A stretch of 62,454 nucleotides of DNA, filler included, from Streblomastix strix (GCA_008636045.1; 3 parts of 3 records of this genome joined end to end with filler, not necessarily neighbours in it), one strand, 5' to 3'; shown: positions 46,402 to 56,590, counted from the whole stretch's first letter. The notes: generated by a model from the sequence alone, not told the origin. Made by a program: numbers and translations.

Positions 46402-46442
46402 GATTATCATCTCTGATGTTAAGAATCTTCGATTGTTATTTT

Positions 46443-47361
46443 TCAAACAGTCTAATTATAAAGAGCATATGAATCACATACTTATACAAAAAAATCATTC
46501 GGTAAACTAAACTAACATTATGTATTTATTTTAATGTCCATCCAGATCAATGAAGCAATCTATTGGAATTGGATTTAGCCATACAACAAGTGTAGTAGAT
46601 TATTTAGTAATATAAATAACGGCGTTAAGAGGTATTTTATGAGATGAACCACTGAATTTTGGTTTTGCGGAATCATACATAACAGAAAATAGAGTGTATC
46701 CAGTATTCCAATTAGTGTTAGGATTAGAATGTGTTATACCTATTGAAATATATACACGATTATTTAATAATGTTGCTTATCCCCATGTAAAGAAATCAAA
46801 TGCACCAATACCTAGTGTTTATTATGTTGCATATTCAATTGGTAATGGAGATACGATTTAATTATTGAACTTAAGTGATATACAATCGAAATCGATAATT
46901 AATCCCTTATAATCATATGCTTCATCTTCTTATTTTTATATTCTAAATTATGATGAAGTTGATCCAACTTTCCATATACCATCTCTATCTGTGGGGTCAG
47001 CATTACAACCAGTGAGAACAAAGCTATCCCAATTCGTTTTATTTTTCATTATCCTAATACCTTAATTACGTATGTTACCATTCGGTTCAATAATCATTTA
47101 ACCCATTGCATGAGGATAGTATTTAGGCAAAAAATCTCCTTCATCAGTTATATCTCCATTAGTCAATAATAATTAGTTTGAAGTTCCTCCTGTGTTAATA
47201 ATCTTATTTACTACTATAGGTTATGTAAAATTTTTATCTCCAATAATGATCTAAGAAGTATTTAACGTTACCAAATGTGATATATCAAAATCTTTATTTT
47301 TAATATATTAACTAAAGTAAATAAGTAGTTTTTCAATCTCTGCATCAATGAATGAAGTCAT
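46443..47361 (-). CDS. Second tail-fibre-like protein (~300 aa), probable frameshift near the 3' end
   Basis: LVTLNTSQIIIGDKNF, IINTGGTSNQLLLTNG, NQGIRIMKNKTNWDS...DGIWKVG, beta-rich C-terminal head-like domain. Frame stops at 46495, but an alternative frame from ~46533 continues KINTQCQFSLPNDFFVQVCDSYAL to TGA 46443. Confidence 0.65.
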
Positions 47362-48176
47362 TTATTTTTACAATTTCTCTAACTACTTTACTTCCTCTTA
47401 TTTTTGCTGTAATTCTTAAAGTTGTATTTGTATATTAACTAGTTCCTCATCAGTTGGTTTGATTAATGTTTCTATTTACTTAAAAATAAATTGATTGTAA
47501 TAGCATGAAATGAAATGATTCAAAACTCGTTTGGATCCACTTCTGACTATGGTTTATCACTCAATCTAACAAAGTCCTTGTTTATTCGATATAGTTTTTC
47601 AACAGAGTTAAACAACACATTATCCAATACACTAATGCTTACATTTTTTATTAGTACATCCATTACTCTTACTAAGTCTATTTTCCTATATTTCTTTGCC
47701 ATACATGAATGAGATTACATTAGTGGTTCCTCTAATACAATCTCTATATCATCTTCGTTTTCTTATGTGATTAGTGCCCAAAATTTAATGAAGTTATCAC
47801 TGTTCAATATGAAGTCATCACCACGCTTTCTAGATGTTGTTACTCTCCAGATACAATCAATTACAAACTTAAGAACTTCAAGATTTGGATGTGCTAAGAA
47901 AGTATTTTTAAATACATCCTCAGGTTCTACTTATGCAGTCTCTCGTTCAACATCTCGATACTTATTTTTATCGTAAAACCTTTTAGTCTTAACTTCATGC
48001 TCATTAATCATATCAAATTATTTAGTTTCTTATTATGGTGTTGATAAGTTTCTAAGTGCTTAATCAATTGATTATAACCTTATTCTATCCTCTTCTGTCA
48101 ACTCTTTTTTCATATCTTATATCTGTTTCTTTGATTTACTCATACGGAGTTGATTCCTCTCGATACTTATAATCAT
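47362..48176 (-). pseudogene. Element hypothetical protein with probable 1-nt deletion at ~47522
   Basis: MIISIERNQLRMSKSKKQ...FLAHPNLEVLKFVIDCIWRV...VDPNEF-TGA (47520); the neighbouring frame continues LNHFISCYYNQFIFKQIETLIKPTDEELV... up to the next ATG. Confidence 0.55.
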
Positions 48177-48208
48177 TTTTATTGATTAAAAAATTTATTT
48201 ATTGATAA

Positions 48209-48844
48209 ATGGACAAATCACAAGCACTAAGAAAATTAAAAGAAAACGGCAATTCATTCGAGAGCTTCAACAATGGTTATATCATGTAAGTAGGTAAATA
48301 AATTAAGGTATATGAAGATGGTTATAAAGGTCCCAAAGTGATGACTTAAACATAATAGAATAAGTTATTAGCTATACGTCCAGCACCTAAGCCTGTTGAT
48401 AACAGGCTAATGTATATGGATGATGAAGACAACACAGATGAATAAGATGATGATGCAGATGATGAAGAAGAAACTATTCCGGAAGTAAAGCCTAAAGTAA
48501 TGAACAAAAACGTAAAGTAAAAACATTAATAAAAAGCACCAAATATTAACTACACTAATCCTTAGTTAGATTTTGAAGAACTAATATAATTAAGAACGGA
48601 AAACAAATTTATAAAAGAATAACACATACAATCATAGAAACAAATATAAAAATATAAAAATAAACTTATGTAATTAAAGTAGAAGGAAGTTTAACCAATC
48701 GAACATAAGCCTGAAGCAATGAGGACTGAAGTATTGAAAACCGAAGGGTTGATGAAACCGAGAGAAAACAATTCCCCTTAAATTATTGAAGAATAACCAA
48801 TATAATATTAGAAGGTTATACATGAGTATGAACTCTTCCAATGA
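48209..48844 (+). CDS. Element hypothetical protein (211 aa) with acidic tract and coiled coil
   Basis: TAAATG start; MDKSQALRKLKENGNSFESFNNGY...DDEDNTDEQDDDADDEEE...HEYELFQ-TGA. Confidence 0.65.
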
Positions 48845-48867
48845 GCTATAACATTTATTTTTCTCAT

Positions 48868-48992
48868 CAATCATAAGCATTAGCACGAAGTTCATCAATG
48901 TATTCCATCGCTTTTATTAACACACGTGTTGCTTTGTAGCACTTTTTCTGAATCGACATCGCTTAGTCTTTTCGTGATGAAAAACATTACAT
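48868..48992 (-). CDS. Small element ORF (~41 aa)
   Basis: TAAAATG start; ...MSIQKKCYKATRVLIKAMEYIDELRANAYD-TGA TGA. Confidence 0.3.
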
Positions 48993-49700
48993 TTTACGAG
49001 AGTCTGTGATGCTCTGTAGCACTAAGAAATGATAATTCAGAATTTGCATACGCGTTTTCGTTATGAAAAACACTGCGTAAAAGATTATTTTTATGGAAAA
49101 TTAAGAAGCAAGTTAGTACAAAGAATCATGTTAGAGAAAATAACAAAGCACAGTAATATATATAGAAGATATTAGTAGAAACTTGTGATGGTTTTGAATA
49201 TCAAATTGGTTTTAACGTTTTTTGATATAGACTTTAGACATTGTTTTTGAACGAAAGGCGTTAGCCTGAAGATAGGAAACAATAAATAAAAAATAAATCA
49301 AAAAAAGATAAAAATAAATTGTTTTTATATCCATGTCCAAGTTAGTACAAAGATCTTCTATATATACTATTCATACTAGGCCGTAGGGACTGGATGCTCC
49401 CACGAGCTGTCCACCCCTATGGGTCGGCCATTATTTAAAATTTAAAGAAAGCTTGAAATGTTAATATACGATGAATCTGAAAATCCCTTTTACGGGAAGA
49501 ACAGCGAAGAGGTTTAAACAATTAAACAAAAAGGAATTGATATATGAGGAAAACATTAAAACAAAAACTCACTCACCAGAGTATTCTCGTTGTTGCAAGA
49601 GTGAGAAAAGAATATTAAATTCGTACATAAAACCTCACAAAATACATCACGTAGTAAAAAAAAATTCCAGTGTTGCTATTGATTGTTGTTTGTTTTCTTA

Positions 49701-51050
49701 TCATTGTTGTTATAAATCTTTATCAAAACTTCTTCGATGTTCGAATTCGTTAGCATTCCAACTGCTCCAATAGTCTTATTGTCTAGACATATCATCACTG
49801 TTATGTTGATCAAGGTATATTATATCGTTTAGTGCTCCTTTGTTGTCGGTTGGTTCAATTCCTCGACCGACGGGTAGGGTCTCATAGAATGGGAGGGCAA
49901 GAGGTTGAGCAATTGAACTCCGTGATAACTTACTATTATCAGAGTGTTATAAAAAATACTCTGGCAATGTACTTATATCACTTCGTTCAATTGCTCCACC
50001 TCTTTATTACGAGATAGTTTAAGTAGCGTAGCTTTGGCCGTGACTTCCCACGAGCTAAGACGCGATATCATAAATTCCTGCATTTGCAGCGTATATGTAG
50101 TAGTTGCTTGCAGCCCTCGAAAATACGCTGTGGTGTGTAAAAATGTTCAACTTCGTTGTATCAAGCCCCTGTCTTGCTAGTTCTGTTGATGCTGCATGTT
50201 TAAAAGAGTATGCAGTTGCCCCACGGATACCGATTTCGCGTAAAAGGGAGTTCAACCAAAGACTGATTCGTCGTTTATCTGCTGGTTATCCATCAGGTTA
50301 CCAAAAAAAGTTCGCAAAGTGTTCAGCATCCATCCCAAAATGCCAATATAAACGATTAAGCCAAGTGAACAATGTTGAATTAAGACTGACCTTTGGATCT
50401 CCTGTTCTTCTTATCTCATATTGTTCAATCGAATTGTTCGCTTTCGGAACTAAGCATAAAATTGCTGTTTAGTTTCTATAATCTATGTTCGAAATGGCTA
50501 AGTTTATTTCGGTTACCTCGTTTATTATGATGAAACATATGGAGAGTAATAACAATGCAAGTTTCGTTTGAATCTCTGTATTTGATAAATCTTTATCATC
50601 AGGTCGCGAGCGCCAGTAATCAAATAGTTATCTTATGTCCCACATATTAGAATATCTTCTGTTTATGATCTTATAATTTAAAACTGCTCTATACGGCAGT
50701 TTTGATGGTGTCTATGTAATTTGTGGTATATCAAAAATGAAAGAGAGCATTGTATTTAGGCATTACTGGAGGGTGTATGCTGAAGAAGCGCTTGGATTCC
50801 ACCTTGTGAACCAGTTTATCACTTCAAAAAGTAAAAATCCAGGGCTTATGGAGAGTAGTTAGTCAATACTGAGACCATGTTCGTAAGAGAATTCTGCCAA
50901 TGTTCTCATTGCATAAAGGTAGTGTCTCTAAGTCTCGAATCTCCATACATTGATGAGTAATTGCTAAGCTCCTCTAGAAAATCATATCCTGTCTAAAATC
51001 TAGGTTAAAAACATTCTTCCCTTCTCAACTTCTGGTCCATGAAGAATGCT
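49701..51050 (-). pseudogene. DIRS tyrosine recombinase (disrupted)
   Basis: WDIRQLFDYW, QTKLALLLLSICFIIINE (Arg expected at FIxIxE is Ile), AYSFKHAASTELA, FTHHS...NYYI; in-frame TGA at 50982-50984. Confidence 0.85.
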
Positions 51051-52940
51051 GCTATCTTTCCAGGTGGTAGAAAGCTTTTTGGGTTTTCCATGCTTAATCC
51101 CTTGATTAGGCATTAACTTGACTGTACAAAAATAAGATACTTGCTTGACTGATTCATTAAGCTTGTAAACCATGGCTTGCCTGGCCACAATGGTGCTATT
51201 ATCATTGCTAACGTTGCTTCGTTGTTAAGGTATGAGATCACTTTTGAAAAGATTGGAATTGGAGTGTGTACTAATAGTATTTTGTTAGTCCATGTGTTAG
51301 AGAATGCGTCAATCCATTGGGCATTTTAATCCCCTATGTTAGCTGTTACATAATGCTGTAGTAGTTTCGTTGTCGATGATGCAAATAGATCTAGAGTTGG
51401 TAGGATGTTCAATATCATTATTATTTGATCTAAATACAGAGGGCGAAAGTGATAGTCTCCTAATCTATACAATCTGCTAAGAGCATCTGCTATTATGTTT
51501 TTCTTCCCTGAAACGTGTTATGATATTATTTTCATGTTCAAATGTTGGCAAGTGAAGTAAATATCCTTCACTGCTGGTGTTAACGTGTCTGTTGCCCTCA
51601 GTCTTCTTAAATCGAATACTGCTGTAGAGTTATCTGATCTAATTAGGAGATTAATTATCTGTAGCTCTTTGCAAATTCTTGCGAAAGCTATTATTTCTAA
51701 GTGAATGGCCTGAAGTTCTTTATTATTACTTGTCCAATGTATTTGGTAGCTTAGCCATGCTCCATGAGCTACTAGAACCTCTCCAGAATTTAGTTCCAAT
51801 GTTGCTCCCCACCCTTGGGGTGAGGCATCTGTTACTGCTGTAGCTTGTGGAATTGGGGGTTATATGTATATTTTCTTATTCTCTGTTATTTTCTTAATCC
51901 ACCAGTAGAGTTCCTTCAGGGCTTCTAGCGGTGAGACCATCATTCCAGTCCAGCCTTGTGTTTTGACTGCTCTAGTTTTAGCTGAGTCTATTTACATTAG
52001 ATAGAGTGAAGCTTCTCCGAATTGAGTTCTCAAGAAATTCAGTCTTCCTATTAGAGCTGCTGTTTCTTTAATCTTGATTATTTTATGTCTTTGTGCGTTC
52101 TTAACAAACTGTTTGATTTATTCTAATAATTGATGTCTTCTATCTTTAGTCATGAAAATATTCATTTCTGTCATATTCCATGTCCATCCGAGGAAGTCTA
52201 TCTCTTATATCGGAATTAATTGCCACTTATTCAGAGCTATTGTCCAACCAAAATGCTCCAGAGTGTTGATTATATGTGGTGTTTGGTAGAAAAGCCAATT
52301 TTTATCTTGATGGAGGAGAAGAAGATCGTCGGAGTAGTTAATTATTCTGATGTCTGTTCTCTTACGAATCTCTGTTAAAAGAAGGGTGAGTGCCTAAGTA
52401 AAGAAAATTGGGGAATGTTTAAATCCAAATGGCATTGCCCAATATTGGTAGTGGTGATTATCGACTTCGAAAACCAGGTATTCTCTATGTGGAGGGTATA
52501 CTATCAAGTGATGAGAGGCCGATTTGAGATCGAGTTTTACTGCCCAATCGTTAGGAATGAGAAGGCATCGAATTTGTTCGACTCCATTCTTTTAAAAATG
52601 TAATGGTTGTATTTCTTCGTTCAGAAGACTTGCATCTAGTATCTTTCTCCATTCTCCCGAAGGTCTAGGTACCAGAAAAGTTAGGATCCACCATTTAACT
52701 TTTTCTTTCGGAATCTCATCTATTATTCTTTCCTATAGTTCCTCTTCTAACATCGCTTTGTATGCTTGCATTTCTGTTTAATTTTTTTGGAAGGGACATT
52801 GTGCGATTATTTGTTAAAGTCTCTCTTGACTGTTATTATCTTTAAATATTAAGTAAAATCTTTTCAGTATGAAATCTTTACAATTAATTGTTTCCCAAGC
52901 TTTTATATATTTCATGATTTCTCCACCCAGATGTTGTTGT
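50906..52940 (-). CDS. DIRS pol: reverse transcriptase + RNase H + adenine-methyltransferase-like domain (start approximate)
   Basis: WRKILDAS, LDLKSA, AMPFGFKHSP, NYSDDLLL (52326-52337), FLGW; RNase H TDASPQGWGA, KELQAI, SDNSTAV, NIIADALSR; MT-like LDLFAS...DAFSNTW...APLWPGKPWF. Confidence 0.92.
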
Positions 52941-53048
52941 TATACTGGGATTTAGCTTCTCTAAGGAGGAGTCTTTGATAGTTGCTCCTCCTGTTAATGC
53001 ATCCAGATCAACATCAGCATATGCCATCCAAAGGCAAAGTTGGCGCTG

Positions 53049-54480
53049 TCAGCGGCCCTTCTTCTTCTTACGGGAAGATTTAGAGCGCGATTTTGTGCTG
53101 CTTTTATTCGCTTCGCTCCTTCTGGTTTCTTATGATAGCCCCGGTGGGCCTTCATATCCAGGATTATCTCGAAGATTGTTTAAGTCTTGTTGACCCTGGT
53201 CTTGTTCAAGTCTATCTTCAGTTTGTTCTTACTCCTGACCAATAGGAGGTTGGAATCCAAGGCAATCTGCGCCTTATGCTGCAAGATGACCTTGTTGAGG
53301 TATATTCATCTCATTTCCATCATACAAATGCTAAATGTTTGCGCGTTAAGCTGCAAAAACATTCGCAGTTTCCCCCTCAGCATGCCATGATGCTGTCGCT
53401 AATTAAGGTGGGGCTTTTGATACAATAGGGCCATCATTGGATGTATGTTCAGTTTGAATAAGATGCCTATTCCATCATCTGTTCCATATCTATGTCCAGA
53501 TCTGATCCAAAATTAAAGTCACTCCCACCAGCGATCTGTTTTATACGAGAAGATTAGGCGCTGGGATTATAGTCCCATTGGCTGCTCCAGTCTTCCCGCG
53601 CCTCTGTCCAGAGACTTTTAATTTAGACTTCGTACTTCCCTAAATAGGTTGATGATTAGATAAAAGGGGTTGTGCTTGAGATTATGCTTTGCCTCTACCT
53701 CTATTCTTCTTTCCTCTTCATCTACGACCTCTAACTTGTAATTCAATTAGATCTGCATCTCCAAATACATCATCATTACTATCGTGATCATCATCTCTTT
53801 GCATTTGATATTAATCAAAATCATTAGAATATTCTTACTAATCTTAAGAAGGAATCTAGCAGAGGTTATCTATATATTGATTTGGATTGAAGTTAGGTTT
53901 GAAATTTCCAAAGAGATGGTAGGAGGGAATATCAAAGCCTTTGCTCCTAGCCATCAAATTCGTCAGCATTCCATCCATTAAGTATTTTTGCGTTTTATTC
54001 TGTGCTCTCTGTTGCATATGGATTCGATATTCATTCCTAGCCCTATTTTCTTGAAGTATCCTCTCATTATGAAGTCTCTGGGCTCCTTATTCTGCTCTAA
54101 AATCCAAGCTCGTTGGTGACATATTAATACTTGCACAAGAGTTAGGAAGATCCGGAAGTCTGTATGGTTAGTTAGTGTTCTGTTAACTCTACAGATTGAA
54201 CAGCTATTATTGTTAGCATACCAATTGCTATTGATTTTATGCCTGTTATTGAGATACCAACATATTGTTTACTGGTTGGGTTGTAGTATTAGGTTGTATG
54301 TCGACTATTGGAGGTAATTCAATATTAGAAGGATTAATTGGAGGAGGAGAAACGGCTATAGGAGGATGAAGAAGGTGAACTTATTCTTATTGTACTTATT
54401 GCAAACTTGGAGTGACAATATGAATTATATTGGAACTTGTAGTTTCAGAAGATTATAAAGTTGATATAGAGGGCTAGGTA
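53049..54480 (-). pseudogene. DIRS gag-like ORF1 (disrupted)
   Basis: P/Q-rich, then RGR*RGKKNRGRG with in-frame TGA at 53718-53720 and a later frame change; ends ...KSRSKSSRKKKGR-TGA at 53049, just upstream of pol. Confidence 0.55.
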
Positions 54481-54519
54481 GATAATTAATAAATAATAAG
54501 AAAAGAACAGTAAAAATAA

Positions 54520-55022
54520 AGAAAGAAAAAATTAAATCGAAAGAAAAATAGATTGTAATAATAATATAAAATCAGATTAACGAACAAAGAAAATTGATAA
54601 ATAAATCTAGACATAAAAATAGGATAATGCTGTTAATTCAGATAAAAGTAAAATTGGTTAATAACCAAATAAATAACATGAATAAAATGAAATTGAGCAA
54701 AATAATAAAATAATATCATGATGAACTTTAATAAATATAAAGAAATAAATAATCATAATCTCGTCAACATCATTAAAATAATTCATAAATAAAATAAGGA
54801 AATTCAAATTAGAATTAATAATCTAAAATAGAAATAAATCTTGAAGAATATCAAAAAGATACTTCAGAAACAGATTCACAATTGTTAAGATTGACATTAA
54901 TAGAATCATTAAGGGTTAATAATTTATATACCCAAATAAATTCAACTGAAGATGCTTAAAATTCTAAAAAATAATAAACAATTCTTCCAGATAATCTATT
55001 ATAATTCCCATTTATATTTTGA
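54520..55022 (+). pseudogene. 3' fragment of a Q/N-rich host-like gene abutting the DIRS 5' side
   Basis: Open TAR=Gln frame ...EEYQKDTSETDSQLLRLTLIESLRVNNLY...FPFIF-TGA with no evident start. Confidence 0.35.
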
Positions 55023-55552
55023 AACATTCAAATGATTCAATATGATAATGAAAATATAATATGAAAATACTTAACATAAGATATGATTGAGATATTTATT
55101 TGCAAGAGAGTTAGTAATAAATCTCAATTCTATTGTGTTGAAAAAGAAACAATGAGAATGTGTTTATTTCAATCATTGAATCAGTTTGATTTCCAATTTC
55201 TCATTAATGTTTCTTTTTTTTAATTTGTTTTGATTTTAATTTTATTTTGTTTTCATTTTATTAACAAATTTTATTTTGCTTCCACTTCATTTAATTAACA
55301 ATATTTATTTGCATTCACTTACACAAATATCTATTTTGAACATATTTTGAATTTACTTATCAATGTAATTGTGAGAATTGAGTCAAAGATATTCTCATTG
55401 GAATATGATACAGTTGTTGTTTAGGAATTATAATATATAGTGATATATTGCACTCAATTTGACATAATTTATTAATATTTTGTTTATTTACTGGGAAAAA
55501 TTAAAATAATATAAAAAAGAAATTTATAAACAATTGAATCCAGAAAAACTGC

Positions 55553-56590
55553 TCATCCATATTTTGCTATTGTGTATTTTTCTCGCTCAGCATATAATTC
55601 CTGTTATAATTATTCACATCTTTTATAGCATAGTAAAATAATAATTAAAAAATGAAAAAAAAGAACAATAAAATAAATAATGCAAACTTTTCTTTATAAC
55701 TTTATAATGCTTTCCACATTCGCATTTCATCATCGTTTTTCATCTCTCGAATTCTTTCAAGCTCATGTTTGTATTCATCAAGTCTTGCATCATCTTATAT
55801 ATAATTAATAACAATAAATGAATTCATATTCAGAAATAGAAAATTAATCAACCTTCACATTCTTAAGACATTACGTTTGTTGATGTTCTGTTTGTTATAA
55901 TCTAAATTGAAAATATGAATGAATTAATTAAGAAATAAGAAATGATATTAATTTATAAGAATGATGGTTAACATATATAATAAAATATATACCTCTGCAG
56001 AAAGTAAATCATTTCTCATTTGTAAATCTTTATTTTATTACTCAATATTTGTGATTTAATTCATTTTTTCTTATAATAAACTAGAAATAAATATTAGAAT
56101 GAATGAATAACTAAATATAAATATAAATATCAATACCCTTTCAAAGAATTGATTTCTTCATCTTTCTTATTTAATAATTATTCATTATGCAGATTCTAAT
56201 CTTAATTCTTTTAATCTTTTTCAATAATTTTCATTTCTTTATCAGATGATTATTTTGCCATTAAACATAACTGATTAGTAATATTCAAATAATATATTAT
56301 ATTAATAATAATAATAATAATTAGTTAAATGTGTGTTATCATACCTTTATTCTGTATTATTCATTCTCATCTTCAAGATCTTTAAGTCGCTATTGTGCAA
56401 ATTTCAATGCTTTTTCAGAATTTTGTCTTTTTTGCTTCTCTACTGTTAAAGCAGCACCATAACTATTCATTTTACTTTATTATTCTTTCAATTTTTCCAT
56501 GAGATCCTAAATTGCTTTTTCCTCGAAGCTGGAATTCGAATTCATTGGTTAAATTTGTTTGGGAATGTTGACGATGGGCAAGCTGAACAT
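55553..56590 (-). CDS. Multi-exon coiled-coil hypothetical protein
   Basis: MFSLPIVNIPKQ...EKAIQDLMEKLKEQQSK...; several GT-AG introns; ends KCEQLQQELYAEREKYTIAKYG-TGA. Confidence 0.7.

Larger units (their letters stand above)
41732..48992. mobile_element. Endogenous virus-like element (Polinton-like/virophage-like), partial and decaying
   Basis: About 11 intronless, tightly packed ORFs on alternating strands with 10-50 nt spacers, including an A32-like packaging ATPase and two fibre-like genes. Unlike the intron-rich host genes. Truncated by the contig start; no capsid or polymerase seen. Confidence 0.75.
49109..54480 (-). mobile_element. DIRS-type tyrosine-recombinase retrotransposon, degenerate, probably 5'-truncated
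   Basis: Order gag-like, RT-RNaseH-MT, overlapping YR on the minus strand; higher GC than flanks; repeat/hairpin structures at 49109-49429. Boundaries approximate. Confidence 0.9.

Noticed and set aside
41732..48992. Cluster as a contaminating bacteriophage or prophage contig
   Set aside because: The ORFs need TAA as well as TAG read as Gln, lack Shine-Dalgarno-like leaders, and are contiguous with a DIRS element and intron-containing UBA1
49701..51050. Tyrosine recombinase as the integrase of the virus-like element
   Set aside because: It overlaps RT-RNaseH-MT in the standard DIRS arrangement, so it belongs to the retrotransposon
50906..52940. RT beside fibre genes as a diversity-generating retroelement
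   Set aside because: The RT is DIRS-type with RNase H, and I found no template/variable repeat pair differing at adenines in the fibre genes
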